From contig CAVUKA010000003.1 of the NCBI GenBank assembly GCA_963741945.1, positions 96,001 through 160,000 on the forward strand: 64,000 bases of DNA, in the 5' to 3' direction. This stretch comes from an uncultured Gemmatimonadales bacterium (GTDB lineage Bacteria > Gemmatimonadota > Gemmatimonadetes > Longimicrobiales > RSA9). Below the pieces are notes generated by a model, which worked only from the letters and a program-made list of their open reading frames with translations, ran no database searches and had not been told where the DNA came from. Positions 1-8,716 of this stretch are shown here, in pieces (positions within the stretch are counted from its first letter, which is position 1; every line of letters begins with the position of its first letter). A program made the translations under genes and the position numbers.

Positions 1-503
1 GATGCGCGGGCGAGGAAGCCGTCGCCTTCCTTCCACCGCTCCATCAGGAATGGACTCACCTCGATCCACAGCACCACCGTGTACAGCATGATGCAGAGCG
101 CCACCTCGAGCAGGATCGAGTTGAAGTTCCAGTTCCAGAAGCTGAACGGCAGCTTGTAGACGTTCCACCAGCGGCCGATGTCGATGATCACGCCAATGCC
201 GCCCAGCGTGTAGCCGAGGGCGCTCGTGACCAGCGCCGGCCGGATCAGCGCGTGGTACTTCCCCTTGTTCAGGATGAACACCAGGATGGCGACGGCGTAC
301 CCGCCCGTGGCCAGCGCCGTGCCCACCACCACGTCGAAGGCGATCCACAGCCCCCACGGGTAGCGGTCCGAAAGCGCCGTCACCGGGCCGAGCCCGACGA
401 AGAAACGGTAGAGCAGGATGCCGGCCGCCAGGAGGAACAGTCCGGTCAGGGCCAGGAACGGGCGGGTCACGATCCGCCCACCCACGGGTGTCGGATGAGT
501 CAT
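1..503 (-). CDS. hybB: Ni/Fe-hydrogenase 2 integral membrane subunit HybB (NrfD/PsrC family), N-terminal part, runs off left edge
   Basis: ATG at 503 overlaps the hybA stop. Manual translation gives MTHPTPVGGRIVTRPFLAL...YPWGLWIAFDVVVGTALATGGY...YHALIRPALVTSALGY...DIGRWWN, typical of HybB. Follows hybO-hybA. Confidence 0.88.
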   Translation of the reverse strand, partial: MTHPTPVGGRIVTRPFLALTGLFLLAAGILLYRFFVGLGPVTALSDRYPWGLWIAFDVVVGTALATGGYAVAILVFILNKGKYHALIRPALVTSALGYTLGGIGVIIDIGRWWNVYKLPFSFWNWNFNSILLEVALCIMLYTVVLWIEVSPFLMERWKEGDGFLARA

Positions 504-1375
504 GACTCCACCTCTTCTTCCTCCAGGTTGCGCCGGTTCTTCCAGACCACGGCGCCAAGGATCCCGTACAGCACCACGGGGGCGATGAAGCCCTTGTAGA
601 TCGTGTGCTGCACCGTCTCGGCCGTCTGAACGGCCCCGTGCTCACCGAGGTCCGGGAAGCCCAGGTCCGTGAACGGAATGCCCGCCGCGCTCAGGTACAG
701 CACCTGAGTCCCGCCGCCATCCTTCTCGCCGAACACCTTCGGCTCGTAGCGGTCCGGGTTCGCTTCCAGCCGACGGTGCGCTTCGTTCAGCAGATCCTCG
801 CGCGTGCCGTAGATCACCGCCTCCTTCGGGCACACCTCGGCGCATGCCGGGATCTTGCCCTCCGCCAGGCGGTGGTTGCACAGCTCGCACTTCACGATCT
901 TCGGCGTGGCCGAGTTCCATTCGAACTTCGGCACGTTGTATGGGCACGCCACCTGGCAGTAGCGGCAGCCGATGCACTTGTCGCCGTCCCACGTGACGAT
1001 CCCGTGCTCCCGCTTCTGCAGCGCGCCCATCATGCACGCGCTCGCGCACCCCGGATCCACGCAGTGCATGCACTGCAGCTTCACGTATGACTGCGCCGCA
1101 CCGTCCTGGTACTCCTTGATGATGTTCTTGCACTCCGAGTCCAGGTCCTTCGGCGCGTAGTACAGCTCACCCGGCCGGCGGCCGCTGAAGTTGGCCTCGT
1201 AGCAGGCCACCTCGCACGCCTTGCACCCGATGCAGAGCGTGGCGTCGTAGAGCAGCCCGACCGCGTCGGGTGGCGCTTCCCGCGGCTCGCGGGCGTGCGC
1301 CGAGCGCGGCGAAGCAGCAAGGGCAACCCCCGCCGCGGCCGCTGTCTTCAGCGCATCCCTTCGATTGAGTCCCAT
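500..1375 (-). CDS. hybA: Hydrogenase-2 Fe-S subunit HybA (Tat-exported, four [4Fe-4S] motif groups, C-terminal TM)
   Basis: Tat motif MGLNRRDALK; CIGCKACEVAC, CMHCVDPGCASAC, CIGCRYCQVACP, CELC...CAEVCP; hydrophobic C-terminal anchor. Confidence 0.9.
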   Translation of the reverse strand: MGLNRRDALKTAAAAGVALAASPRSAHAREPREAPPDAVGLLYDATLCIGCKACEVACYEANFSGRRPGELYYAPKDLDSECKNIIKEYQDGAAQSYVKLQCMHCVDPGCASACMMGALQKREHGIVTWDGDKCIGCRYCQVACPYNVPKFEWNSATPKIVKCELCNHRLAEGKIPACAEVCPKEAVIYGTREDLLNEAHRRLEANPDRYEPKVFGEKDGGGTQVLYLSAAGIPFTDLGFPDLGEHGAVQTAETVQHTIYKGFIAPVVLYGILGAVVWKNRRNLEEEEVES

Positions 1376-1376
1376 G

Positions 1377-2552
1377 TCACGCCTCTCCGTCCTTGTGGGC
1401 CGGTGACCGCTTCTCCGTTTCCGGGACGGGGACGAGCTCCGGCTCCTCCAGCGACTCGTCGTAGCCGCCGAGCTTCTTCGAGCCAGCCAGCGCCGCACCC
1501 GCGAGCCCGCCGATCACCGCGCCGCCCACGGCCGTGGCCCACGGGCTGATGCCGTCACCCTCGGACGAGCCGATGGGCGGGAACCCGGCCGGCGGCGTCA
1601 CCTGCAGCACGCTCGCCTCCTGGAACAGCGGCTTGTTGAAGCCGACGCCCGACTCGGTGCAGCCGAAGCACGGGTGGCCGATCCCGACCGGCCACGCGCC
1701 GTCCACTTCGCCGAAGCTCTTGATGGAGCAGTTGGAGTGCGTCTCGGGGCCCTTGCACCCGAGCCTGTACAGGCAGTATCCGTTGCGATGCCCCTCGTCG
1801 CCGAAGGCCATGGCGAACCGCCCGGCATCGAAATGCGGACGACGCGGACAATCCTCGTGGATGGTCCGGCCGTATGCGAACTTCGGCCGCGCCAGCTCGT
1901 CCAGCTCCGGCAACGTGCCGTACGTGGCGAACTGCAGCACCGTCCCCAGGAAGTTGTACGGATTGGCCGGGCAGCCGGGGATGGTCACCACCGTCTTCCC
2001 CTGCAGCACCGCCGGCGCGCCCTTCGCGCCCGTCGGGTTCGGCCCCGAGGACGGGATTCCGCCCCACGATGCGCACGACCCGATGGCGACGATCGCGCCC
2101 GCGTTCTCGGCCGCCTCGTTCAGGATGTCCAGCGCGGTCCGACCCCCGATCTTGCAGTAGATCCCGTTGTCCTTCGTGGGGATCGCGCCCTCGACCACGA
2201 GCACGTACTTCCCCTTGTTCTCGGCCATCGATGACTGCTTCGCTGCTTCCGCCTGATGCCCGGCGGCGGCGCTCAGCGCCTCGTGATAGTCGAGCGAGAT
2301 CAGGTCGAGGACCAGCGTGCCCAGATTGGGATGACTGGTGCGCAGCATGGACTCTGTGCACCCGGTGCACTCCTGGAACGACAGCCAGATCACCGACGGC
2401 TTCCTCTTCGTGACAGCCTGTGCAAACGCTTCCGCCGCCGTTGCCGGTAGACCCACGGCGGCGGCGGCTAGGATGCACATGCTCCTGACGAACTCTCTAC
2501 GGTCCAGCTCACTCGAGCGGGCCGCCGAGCCAGCGTGACGCGGCACAACCAT
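1377..2552 (-). CDS. hybO: [NiFe]-hydrogenase small subunit (HybO-type, group 1)
   Basis: Tat signal LDRREFVRS; ECTGCTES, GSCASWGG, PGCP, HEDCPRR, CLYRLGCKGP, CFGC; C-terminal TM; GGAGG RBS before ATG 2552. Confidence 0.92.
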   Translation of the reverse strand: MVVPRHAGSAARSSELDRREFVRSMCILAAAAVGLPATAAEAFAQAVTKRKPSVIWLSFQECTGCTESMLRTSHPNLGTLVLDLISLDYHEALSAAAGHQAEAAKQSSMAENKGKYVLVVEGAIPTKDNGIYCKIGGRTALDILNEAAENAGAIVAIGSCASWGGIPSSGPNPTGAKGAPAVLQGKTVVTIPGCPANPYNFLGTVLQFATYGTLPELDELARPKFAYGRTIHEDCPRRPHFDAGRFAMAFGDEGHRNGYCLYRLGCKGPETHSNCSIKSFGEVDGAWPVGIGHPCFGCTESGVGFNKPLFQEASVLQVTPPAGFPPIGSSEGDGISPWATAVGGAVIGGLAGAALAGSKKLGGYDESLEEPELVPVPETEKRSPAHKDGEA

Positions 2553-2806
2553 GCTTCCTCCCGGGTGGCACGGAGTGGTGGGAACCACTGGCGGAATTTC
2601 CTTTGTGGGACACCAACCTATCCCGCGGGGCAATACGCGCGCAGTAGGAAATGGCCGGAAAATGACTGGGGAATTCCCGGAAATTTCGGTCGGGCAAACT
2701 CCTGACGCTTCTTGGGGGGTGAAGTGCGTGATTCGCGCTTCCGGGCGTGGGGCGATACCCTTTCCCCGCCATTCCCATGGACCCGAGATCAGGAGCGCGA
2801 GCGCAT

Positions 2807-3976
2807 ATGCCCTCCGTTGTCATACTGGGCGCCGGCCGTGTCGGCGCCGCAATGGTGCGCGATCTGGCGCGTGATGCCGACCTGGAGGTAACCGCGGCGG
2901 ACGCGAGCAGGGAGTCGCTGCAGCGATTGACCGAAGCCGCGGAGCGGGACGGATCGGTGATCCGTACCCTGCCGCTGGACCTCGGGGATCCCGCGTCGCT
3001 GGATCGTGCGCTGGAAGGCCAGGACCTGGCGGTGGGCGCGGTGCCGGGTCCCATGGGGTTCGAGACGGTCCGCCAGGTCCTGGAGCGCGACGTGGACGTC
3101 GTGGACATCTCGTTTTTCGAGGAGGACGCGTTCGCGCTGGATGAGCTGGCCCGGGAGCGCGGGCGGGTGGCGCTGGTGGACGCTGGCGTCGCGCCCGGTC
3201 TCAGCAACCTGGTCCTCGGCCATTACGAGGCCCGCCTGGCGCGAACGGACCGGTTCCTGTGTCTGGTCGGTGGGATCCCGGCGGAGCCTTCGCCGCCATG
3301 GCAGTACAAGGCCCCGTTCTCCCCGATCGACGTGCTTGCGGAGTACACGCGCCCGGCGCGCATGCGACGGGATGGCGGGGCGGTGACGCTGCCCGCCCTG
3401 ACCGAGGTGGAAGAGGTGGATTTCCCCGGCGTGGGGCGCCTGGAGGCGTTCAACACGGATGGTCTGCGCACGCTGCTGCGCACGAGCGCGGTACCGACGC
3501 TGGCGGAGAAGACCATGCGCTGGCCGGGGCACGCCGACCGGATGCGCGTGATGCGGGACACCGGGTTCTTCGGCGAGGCAGCGATCGAAGTGGACGGTGT
3601 TCCGGTCAGACCACTGTCGCTGTCCGCGAGGCTGCTCTTCAATGCGTGGGAGTACGGCCCGGGTGAGGCGGACCTGACGGCCATGCGGATCGTGGTGGAG
3701 GGCGCGGACGAGGCGGGCGACGTGCGCCACGTGCTGGAGCTCGTGGACCGCTACGACCCCATGACCAATGTGTCCTCCATGGCCCGCACCACCGGCTACA
3801 CGGCCACGGCGCTCGCCCGCCTGGTGCTCTCCGGCGGGTACCGCGAGCCGGGCATCTCCCCGCCCGAGCGCGTGGGGGCCGTGGCTGGCGCGCTGGAGTT
3901 CGTGCTCGATCGGCTCGCGGAGCGGGCCGTTCGGGTGTCGCGAAGCGTCGAGCGGCCGTCGCATCCTGCCCCTTGA
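2807..3976 (+). CDS. Saccharopine dehydrogenase / lysine 6-dehydrogenase family oxidoreductase
   Basis: Rossmann motif ILGAGRVG; DAGVAPGLSN, FNTDGLRTL, EKTMRWPGH, SMARTTGY. Confidence 0.85.
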   Translation: MPSVVILGAGRVGAAMVRDLARDADLEVTAADASRESLQRLTEAAERDGSVIRTLPLDLGDPASLDRALEGQDLAVGAVPGPMGFETVRQVLERDVDVVDISFFEEDAFALDELARERGRVALVDAGVAPGLSNLVLGHYEARLARTDRFLCLVGGIPAEPSPPWQYKAPFSPIDVLAEYTRPARMRRDGGAVTLPALTEVEEVDFPGVGRLEAFNTDGLRTLLRTSAVPTLAEKTMRWPGHADRMRVMRDTGFFGEAAIEVDGVPVRPLSLSARLLFNAWEYGPGEADLTAMRIVVEGADEAGDVRHVLELVDRYDPMTNVSSMARTTGYTATALARLVLSGGYREPGISPPERVGAVAGALEFVLDRLAERAVRVSRSVERPSHPAP

Positions 3977-4001
3977 CGCCGCGCGGGGCGTGGACGATAT
4001 T
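3973..4001 (+). promoter_or_regulatory. Putative sigma70 promoter for the cold-shock gene leader
   Basis: TTGACG (3973-3978), 17 bp spacer, GATATT (3996-4001). Confidence 0.5.
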
Positions 4002-4048
4002 CGCACGCGGCGAATCCTCCGGCACTACCGGAGGCCGGTGACGAGAGG

Positions 4049-4077
4049 AGCCTGGGCAGTTCGCCCAGGCTTTTTTT
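4049..4077 (+). terminator. Intrinsic terminator hairpin between the dehydrogenase gene and the csp gene
   Basis: AGCCTGGGC-agttc-GCCCAGGCT followed by a run of 7 T. Confidence 0.8.
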
Positions 4078-4192
4078 GCATCGGTCGCCCGCCATGGTCG
4101 CGGTGCGGAACCGCGAGAGTACGGTGATCGATCGCGTGGTGCGGAAATACCGGCCCCGAGAGCACCAGAACAACCAAACGGAGTACGGTAGT

Positions 4193-4405
4193 ATGCGTAC
4201 CACGGGAACCGTGAAGTGGTTCAACGACCAGAAGGGCTTCGGCTTCATCGCGCCTGCGGACGGCGGCAAGGACTGCTTCGTCCACCACAGCGCGATCCAG
4301 GGCCAGGGCTTCAAGACGCTCGCCGAGGGCGAGACGGTCGAGTTCGACATCGTGCAGGGCCAGAAGGGCCCGGCCGCCGAGAACGTCGTCCGGACCGGCC
4401 GCTGA
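4193..4405 (+). CDS. cspA: Cold-shock protein (CspA family), 70 aa
   Basis: [19 protein letters not shown] (RNP1), CFVHHSAI (RNP2), [10 protein letters not shown]. The paralog letter is uncertain. Confidence 0.93.
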   Translation: MRTTGTVKWFNDQKGFGFIAPADGGKDCFVHHSAIQGQGFKTLAEGETVEFDIVQGQKGPAAENVVRTGR

Positions 4406-4433
4406 GCGGTCGCCGCGACACTGGTCGCACCCG

Positions 4434-4469
4434 ACGGCCGTCCCCGCGCGCGGGGACGGCCGTTTTTTT
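4434..4469 (+). terminator. Intrinsic terminator after csp
   Basis: ACGGCCGTCCCCG-cgcg-CGGGGACGGCCGT followed by a T run. Confidence 0.85.
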
Positions 4470-4516
4470 GCCGCCCCGGCCACCGACACCCCCGGGGCCC
4501 CGAACCGGCTGACGCC

Positions 4517-5593
4517 ATGTCCAGAGATCCCGCCACCGTAGTGCTCGGCGCCACCGGCTTCACCGGCCGACTGGTTGCCCGCCGTCTCGCCGCCGGGACG
4601 GAGCCGTTCGTGCTGACGGGACGGGACCGCGCAAGGCTCGAGCCGCTCGCGGCCGCCTTCGACCGCGGGTCCGCGCGCGTCCTGGATGTCACCGACCGGG
4701 CCGCGCTGGCCGATGCCCTGGTGCCGGGCGATCGCGTGATCAACTGCGCCGGGCCGTTCGCCGAGCTGGGGGAGCCCGTGGTCCGCGCCTGCCTGGCTGC
4801 CGGCGCGCACTACTTCGACACCACCGGCGAGCAGCCGTTCATGCGCCGGATCCACCAGCGCTATCACGAGGAGGCGCGCGGCGCCGGGGTCACCATCGTG
4901 AACGGGATGGCGTTCGAGTACGCGCTGGGCGACTGCGCCGCAGCCCTTGCCGCCCGCGGCCTGGCCCGCCCGCTCCGCTCCCTCCACGTCACCTACGCCT
5001 GGCGCGGCGCTGAAAGCTCCCACGGCACACGGCGGACATCGCTCCGGATCCTGGGCCGCCGCGGATGGTCGCTCGAGGACGGGCGCTGGCGTCGTCGCCC
5101 GCAGGGCCATGCGCGACGCACGGTTCGGCTGGAATCGGGTGCTCTGCTGCACGCCGCCTGGTTCGGCGCGGGCGAGATCGTCACCGTTCCCAGGCACGTG
5201 GACGTGGAGACCGTGGGCGGGTGGATGGTGGTGGGGCGTGCCGCGGCGCTGCTGGCGCCCGTCGTCGCACCGGTGCTGCCGGTGCTGGTGCCACCGCTCC
5301 GCCCCGTTCTCGAGCGGCTGGCCACGCGCGCGCCGGAGCCCGGTCCCGACGAGCGGGAGGGGAGTCGGTTCACCATCCGGGTGGACGCCATGGGTCGCGG
5401 GGGCGAAACGGCCGCGGTGGAAGTCCGCGGCGCGGACGCGTACGGCCTCACCGCCGCCATCATCGTGGCTGGCGCCCGGCGCGCCGCTGCGGCCGATGCC
5501 CCGGGCGGCGTCCTCGCTCCTTCTCAGCTGATGGATCCGGGCGCTTTCCTCGCCTCACTCTCGGCTTACGGACTCACGTTCGACGTGGTCTAG
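4517..5593 (+). CDS. Saccharopine dehydrogenase NADP-binding domain protein (trans-acting enoyl reductase-like)
   Basis: VLGATGFTGRLV, INCAGPF, HYFDTTGE, YGLTA, GVLAPSQ motifs. Confidence 0.8.
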   Translation: MSRDPATVVLGATGFTGRLVARRLAAGTEPFVLTGRDRARLEPLAAAFDRGSARVLDVTDRAALADALVPGDRVINCAGPFAELGEPVVRACLAAGAHYFDTTGEQPFMRRIHQRYHEEARGAGVTIVNGMAFEYALGDCAAALAARGLARPLRSLHVTYAWRGAESSHGTRRTSLRILGRRGWSLEDGRWRRRPQGHARRTVRLESGALLHAAWFGAGEIVTVPRHVDVETVGGWMVVGRAAALLAPVVAPVLPVLVPPLRPVLERLATRAPEPGPDEREGSRFTIRVDAMGRGGETAAVEVRGADAYGLTAAIIVAGARRAAAADAPGGVLAPSQLMDPGAFLASLSAYGLTFDVV

Positions 5594-5698
5594 CGGCTCG
5601 GGCCCGATGGCTTCCGGAACCGTCTCCCGCCCCGCGTGTACCCCCAGCCCCACGGCGGCCGTGAGCCGCCGTTCGATTCCACGAGCATGGAGGCCGGT

Positions 5699-6130
5699 TT
5701 GGCGCGGCAGGCGCAGCAGGGCGACAAGGTGACGGTTCATTACACGGGGAAGCTGGACAACGGCGAGATCTTCGACAGCTCGCGCGAGCGGGACCCGCTG
5801 CAGTTCGAGGTGGGCTCCGGACAGGTGATCCCCGGCTTCGACCGGGCGGTCGAGGGGCTGGCCGTGGGCGAGAGCCGGGAAGTTCGCCTGGAGCCCGAAG
5901 AGGCGTACGGCGAGCCGCGAGAGGACCTGGTGGTGGACGTCCCGGCGGAGCAGTTCCCGGACGAGGCGGAGCCGCAGGTGGGTCAGCAGGTCCAGGTGCA
6001 GGTGGCGCCCGGCCAGGCCCGGATCGCCACCATCCGCGACGTGAGCGATGGCTCGGTCCGGCTCGATCTCAATCACCCGCTGGCCGGCGAGCCGCTGAAC
6101 TTCGACGTGGAGATCGTCGGCATCGAGTAG
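5699..6130 (+). CDS. FKBP-type peptidyl-prolyl isomerase (SlyD/FkpB-like)
   Basis: GDKVTVHYTGKLDNGEIFDSS, GQVIPGF, EEAYG, DLNHPLAG. TTG start follows a GGAGG RBS; ATG 5687 is an alternative. Confidence 0.9.
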   Translation: MARQAQQGDKVTVHYTGKLDNGEIFDSSRERDPLQFEVGSGQVIPGFDRAVEGLAVGESREVRLEPEEAYGEPREDLVVDVPAEQFPDEAEPQVGQQVQVQVAPGQARIATIRDVSDGSVRLDLNHPLAGEPLNFDVEIVGIE

Positions 6131-6199
6131 CTCGTGCGTCGCGCCGCCGGGGCCCCGCGTGGCGGGGTCGGCGGCGGCGGCACGCGCGCGATGCCGCCG

Positions 6200-7957
6200 C
6201 TACCGTCGTGGCGGCCGCAGCCGGGCCCGGTACACGGTCCGGAACGCGGCCATGGCGTTGCGCATGCAGCGGAGGTTCGCCTGTCGATTCACCGCGGGGT
6301 CCGGACAGCTCTGGTACTCCGGCGAGGTGGCTTCCACGTACAGGTCGACGCTCCCGTCCGTTCGCAGCACCAGGCGCATGTACCCGGGCGCCGATGCGTC
6401 GAACAGCGTGCCCGGGATCGCACCCACCGGCGACAGCTTGCTCGCCGAGCCCGAGACGACCACGTAGGGCGGAGCCCCGGCGCTGTCGTCGCGGATCACC
6501 TGGAGCGAGTGGTCGTGCCCGCCGACGAACACGAGCGGCGCCCCTTCCTCCCGGAACGCGTCGGCCATCCCCTTCCGCAGCGCCAGGTATGGTATCGAGC
6601 TGAGGTCCTGCAGCAGGGCTCCGCTCCGGTTCAGCAGGTACTCCACCCCGAGAGTGCTCCACAGCGAGACCACCCCGCCATGCGGACCGCCCGTCTCCAG
6701 CGGGTGGTGGGCCGCCACGATGACCGTCCGGTCTCCGGCGTTGGCCAGCGCTGAGCGGAATCGCTCCATGAACGCGCGCTTGCCCTGCGGCTCCGCATCG
6801 AAGATCCACCACGCCGTGTCCAGCAGCAGCAGCCGGAGGTCATCGCCCACGTCCACCACGCGGGGCCCGCCCGTGCCCGCGGCGGGCGCCAGCTCCACGG
6901 GCACCCCGGCCGCCCTCCGCCGATCCAGGAACGCGCCCAGGTTGTGCAGCCGCTTCGCGCCCTTCTGGTCTTCCCGCAGCCCCCAGTCGTGGTTGCCGGC
7001 CAGGAAGAACATGCGCGCATCCCGCCTGGCGGGTACGGACCCGGCGACGATCCGGACCTGGTCCGCCACCCTGGCAGAATCCTGCTGGAAGCCAGGCGTT
7101 CCGGGCTCGACCATCCCCGTGGGGTACACGATGTCGCCCAGCATGAGCACCACTTCGCGCCCCGGTGCGACCCGTCCGGCCCAGTCCGACACGTCCCCTG
7201 TCATCCGCGGCAGGACCGGGTAGCGGTCGTAGCGCGCCTGCCCGGGGTCGCCCGCGATGAAGATCACCGCCTCCGCGGGCGCGGGCTGCGCGGGCACCGA
7301 CAGCGCTCCCACGCCTTCGGCTGGCTCGCCACCCTCCGGTCCTGAAGCCGCGCTCGCGCCGGCCTCCTGGCCGCCGCCGCAAGCGAAGAGGGCGAGCATG
7401 GCCGAGCTCGCCGCGAGCAGCGCAACCGCGAGCCCCGCTGTGCCGCCGCGCGCCGCCCTGGCTCCGGATGCCGATCGCCCCCGGTACCGCTGGCGACGAT
7501 GTCGCCGACCGCGTCTGCGCCAGGCCAGCGCCAGCCCCAGGCCGCCACCGAGGAGCATCCCCGCGGCGCCCAGGAGGATGCCCCACGTCCACGTCCCCTC
7601 GGGATCCGGCGTCGTGGCCACGCCCACGGCGGCGCCGACACCGGCACCGACGGCACCGCCCGCCACCACCCCCGCGGCCGCCCCCGCCAGCGGCGCGGCG
7701 CCAGCGAGCCCCACGGCCACGCCGCCCACGACCCCGAGCGCGATGGGGACGCCATCGGGGCCGAGCAGGTCGTGCACCGATTCCACGTAGCGGTTCTCGA
7801 AGCGCGCCCGCGCCACCACCACGCCCGTGCTGACGCCCAGTCCGGTCGCGAGTCCGAGGGCGCCACCGCCGAGCCCGCGGGCCGCGGCACCGATCCAGGA
7901 GCCGCCGCTGGCGAGCAGCAGCGACAGCGCGAGCGTGATCCCCCGGGCGCTTGCCAT
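6200..7957 (-). CDS. Calcineurin-like metallophosphoesterase with N-terminal Gly-rich membrane region
   Basis: GDPG, LGDIVYP, AGNHDW, AHHP, GGHDHSLQ motifs; N-terminal ~200 aa of Gly/Ala-rich hydrophobic helices. Start uncertain. Confidence 0.75.
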   Translation of the reverse strand: MASARGITLALSLLLASGGSWIGAAARGLGGGALGLATGLGVSTGVVVARARFENRYVESVHDLLGPDGVPIALGVVGGVAVGLAGAAPLAGAAAGVVAGGAVGAGVGAAVGVATTPDPEGTWTWGILLGAAGMLLGGGLGLALAWRRRGRRHRRQRYRGRSASGARAARGGTAGLAVALLAASSAMLALFACGGGQEAGASAASGPEGGEPAEGVGALSVPAQPAPAEAVIFIAGDPGQARYDRYPVLPRMTGDVSDWAGRVAPGREVVLMLGDIVYPTGMVEPGTPGFQQDSARVADQVRIVAGSVPARRDARMFFLAGNHDWGLREDQKGAKRLHNLGAFLDRRRAAGVPVELAPAAGTGGPRVVDVGDDLRLLLLDTAWWIFDAEPQGKRAFMERFRSALANAGDRTVIVAAHHPLETGGPHGGVVSLWSTLGVEYLLNRSGALLQDLSSIPYLALRKGMADAFREEGAPLVFVGGHDHSLQVIRDDSAGAPPYVVVSGSASKLSPVGAIPGTLFDASAPGYMRLVLRTDGSVDLYVEATSPEYQSCPDPAVNRQANLRCMRNAMAAFRTVYRARLRPPRR

Positions 7958-8112
7958 GATCGAGCATCCTCGTGAAAGTCTCTCTGACGGCACGGACCGG
8001 GGCTCCCGGGCGGAACTCCCCGTCCGGTCCCGGGTTCCGAGCAAGAGGCATGCAACCGCGGGGGCGCCGGAGCGTCCGCGCCTCGCGGAACCATCGGGAC
8101 AACGGGAGCCGG

Positions 8113-8715
8113 ATGGCACGAACAGGGAAGGAGCGGGAAGCGAAGCCGCGAGGGGGCTGGCGCCGGCTGGTGGACGTGGGACTGTGGGTGTTCGTGGTCG
8201 CGCTGCTGCTCTGGCGGTTCGGACCGCAGATCGGCGCGGCCGTCGGCCTCGGCACGGGGAACCGCCCCGCGCCGGATTTCGCCGTGCGGACCCTGGACGG
8301 CGACTCGCTGCGCCTCGCCTCGCTGCGCGGCAACGTGGTCCTGGTCAACTTCTGGGCCACCTGGTGCCCCCCGTGCCGGCTGGAGATGCCGGGCTTCCAG
8401 AACGTGTGGGAGGACTACCGCGACCGCGGCTTCGTGGTGGTGGGCCTGTCCACCGACCGCGGCGTCCCCGGCGATGTGGAGCGCTACATCCGGCGTCGCG
8501 GCATCACCTATCCCATCGCCCTGGCCAGCGGAGCCGTGGTGAACGCCTATGGCGGCGCCAACGTGCTCCCCACTTCCGTGCTCATCGACCGGGAAGGTCG
8601 CATGGCATACCGCGTGGAGGGCTTCTACGCGGAGCCCGCGCTCCGCGCGGCCGTGAAGCGGCTCCTGGGCGAGCCGGCCCCCGGGCCGGAGCCGATCCCC
8701 GCCGCGGGACGCTGA
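8113..8715 (+). CDS. TlpA/ResA-family thiol-disulfide oxidoreductase, membrane anchored
   Basis: N-terminal TM; VNFWATWCPPCRLEMP; LPTSVLIDREG. Confidence 0.9.
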   Translation: MARTGKEREAKPRGGWRRLVDVGLWVFVVALLLWRFGPQIGAAVGLGTGNRPAPDFAVRTLDGDSLRLASLRGNVVLVNFWATWCPPCRLEMPGFQNVWEDYRDRGFVVVGLSTDRGVPGDVERYIRRRGITYPIALASGAVVNAYGGANVLPTSVLIDREGRMAYRVEGFYAEPALRAAVKRLLGEPAPGPEPIPAAGR

Positions 8716-8716
8716 A

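Noticed and set aside
2580-2700. AT-richer stretch with short palindromes (GGGAATTCCC, GAAATTTC) upstream of hybO
   Set aside because: Probably promoter DNA, but it gives no convincing match to Rex, FNR or sigma54 boxes and the palindromes are short.
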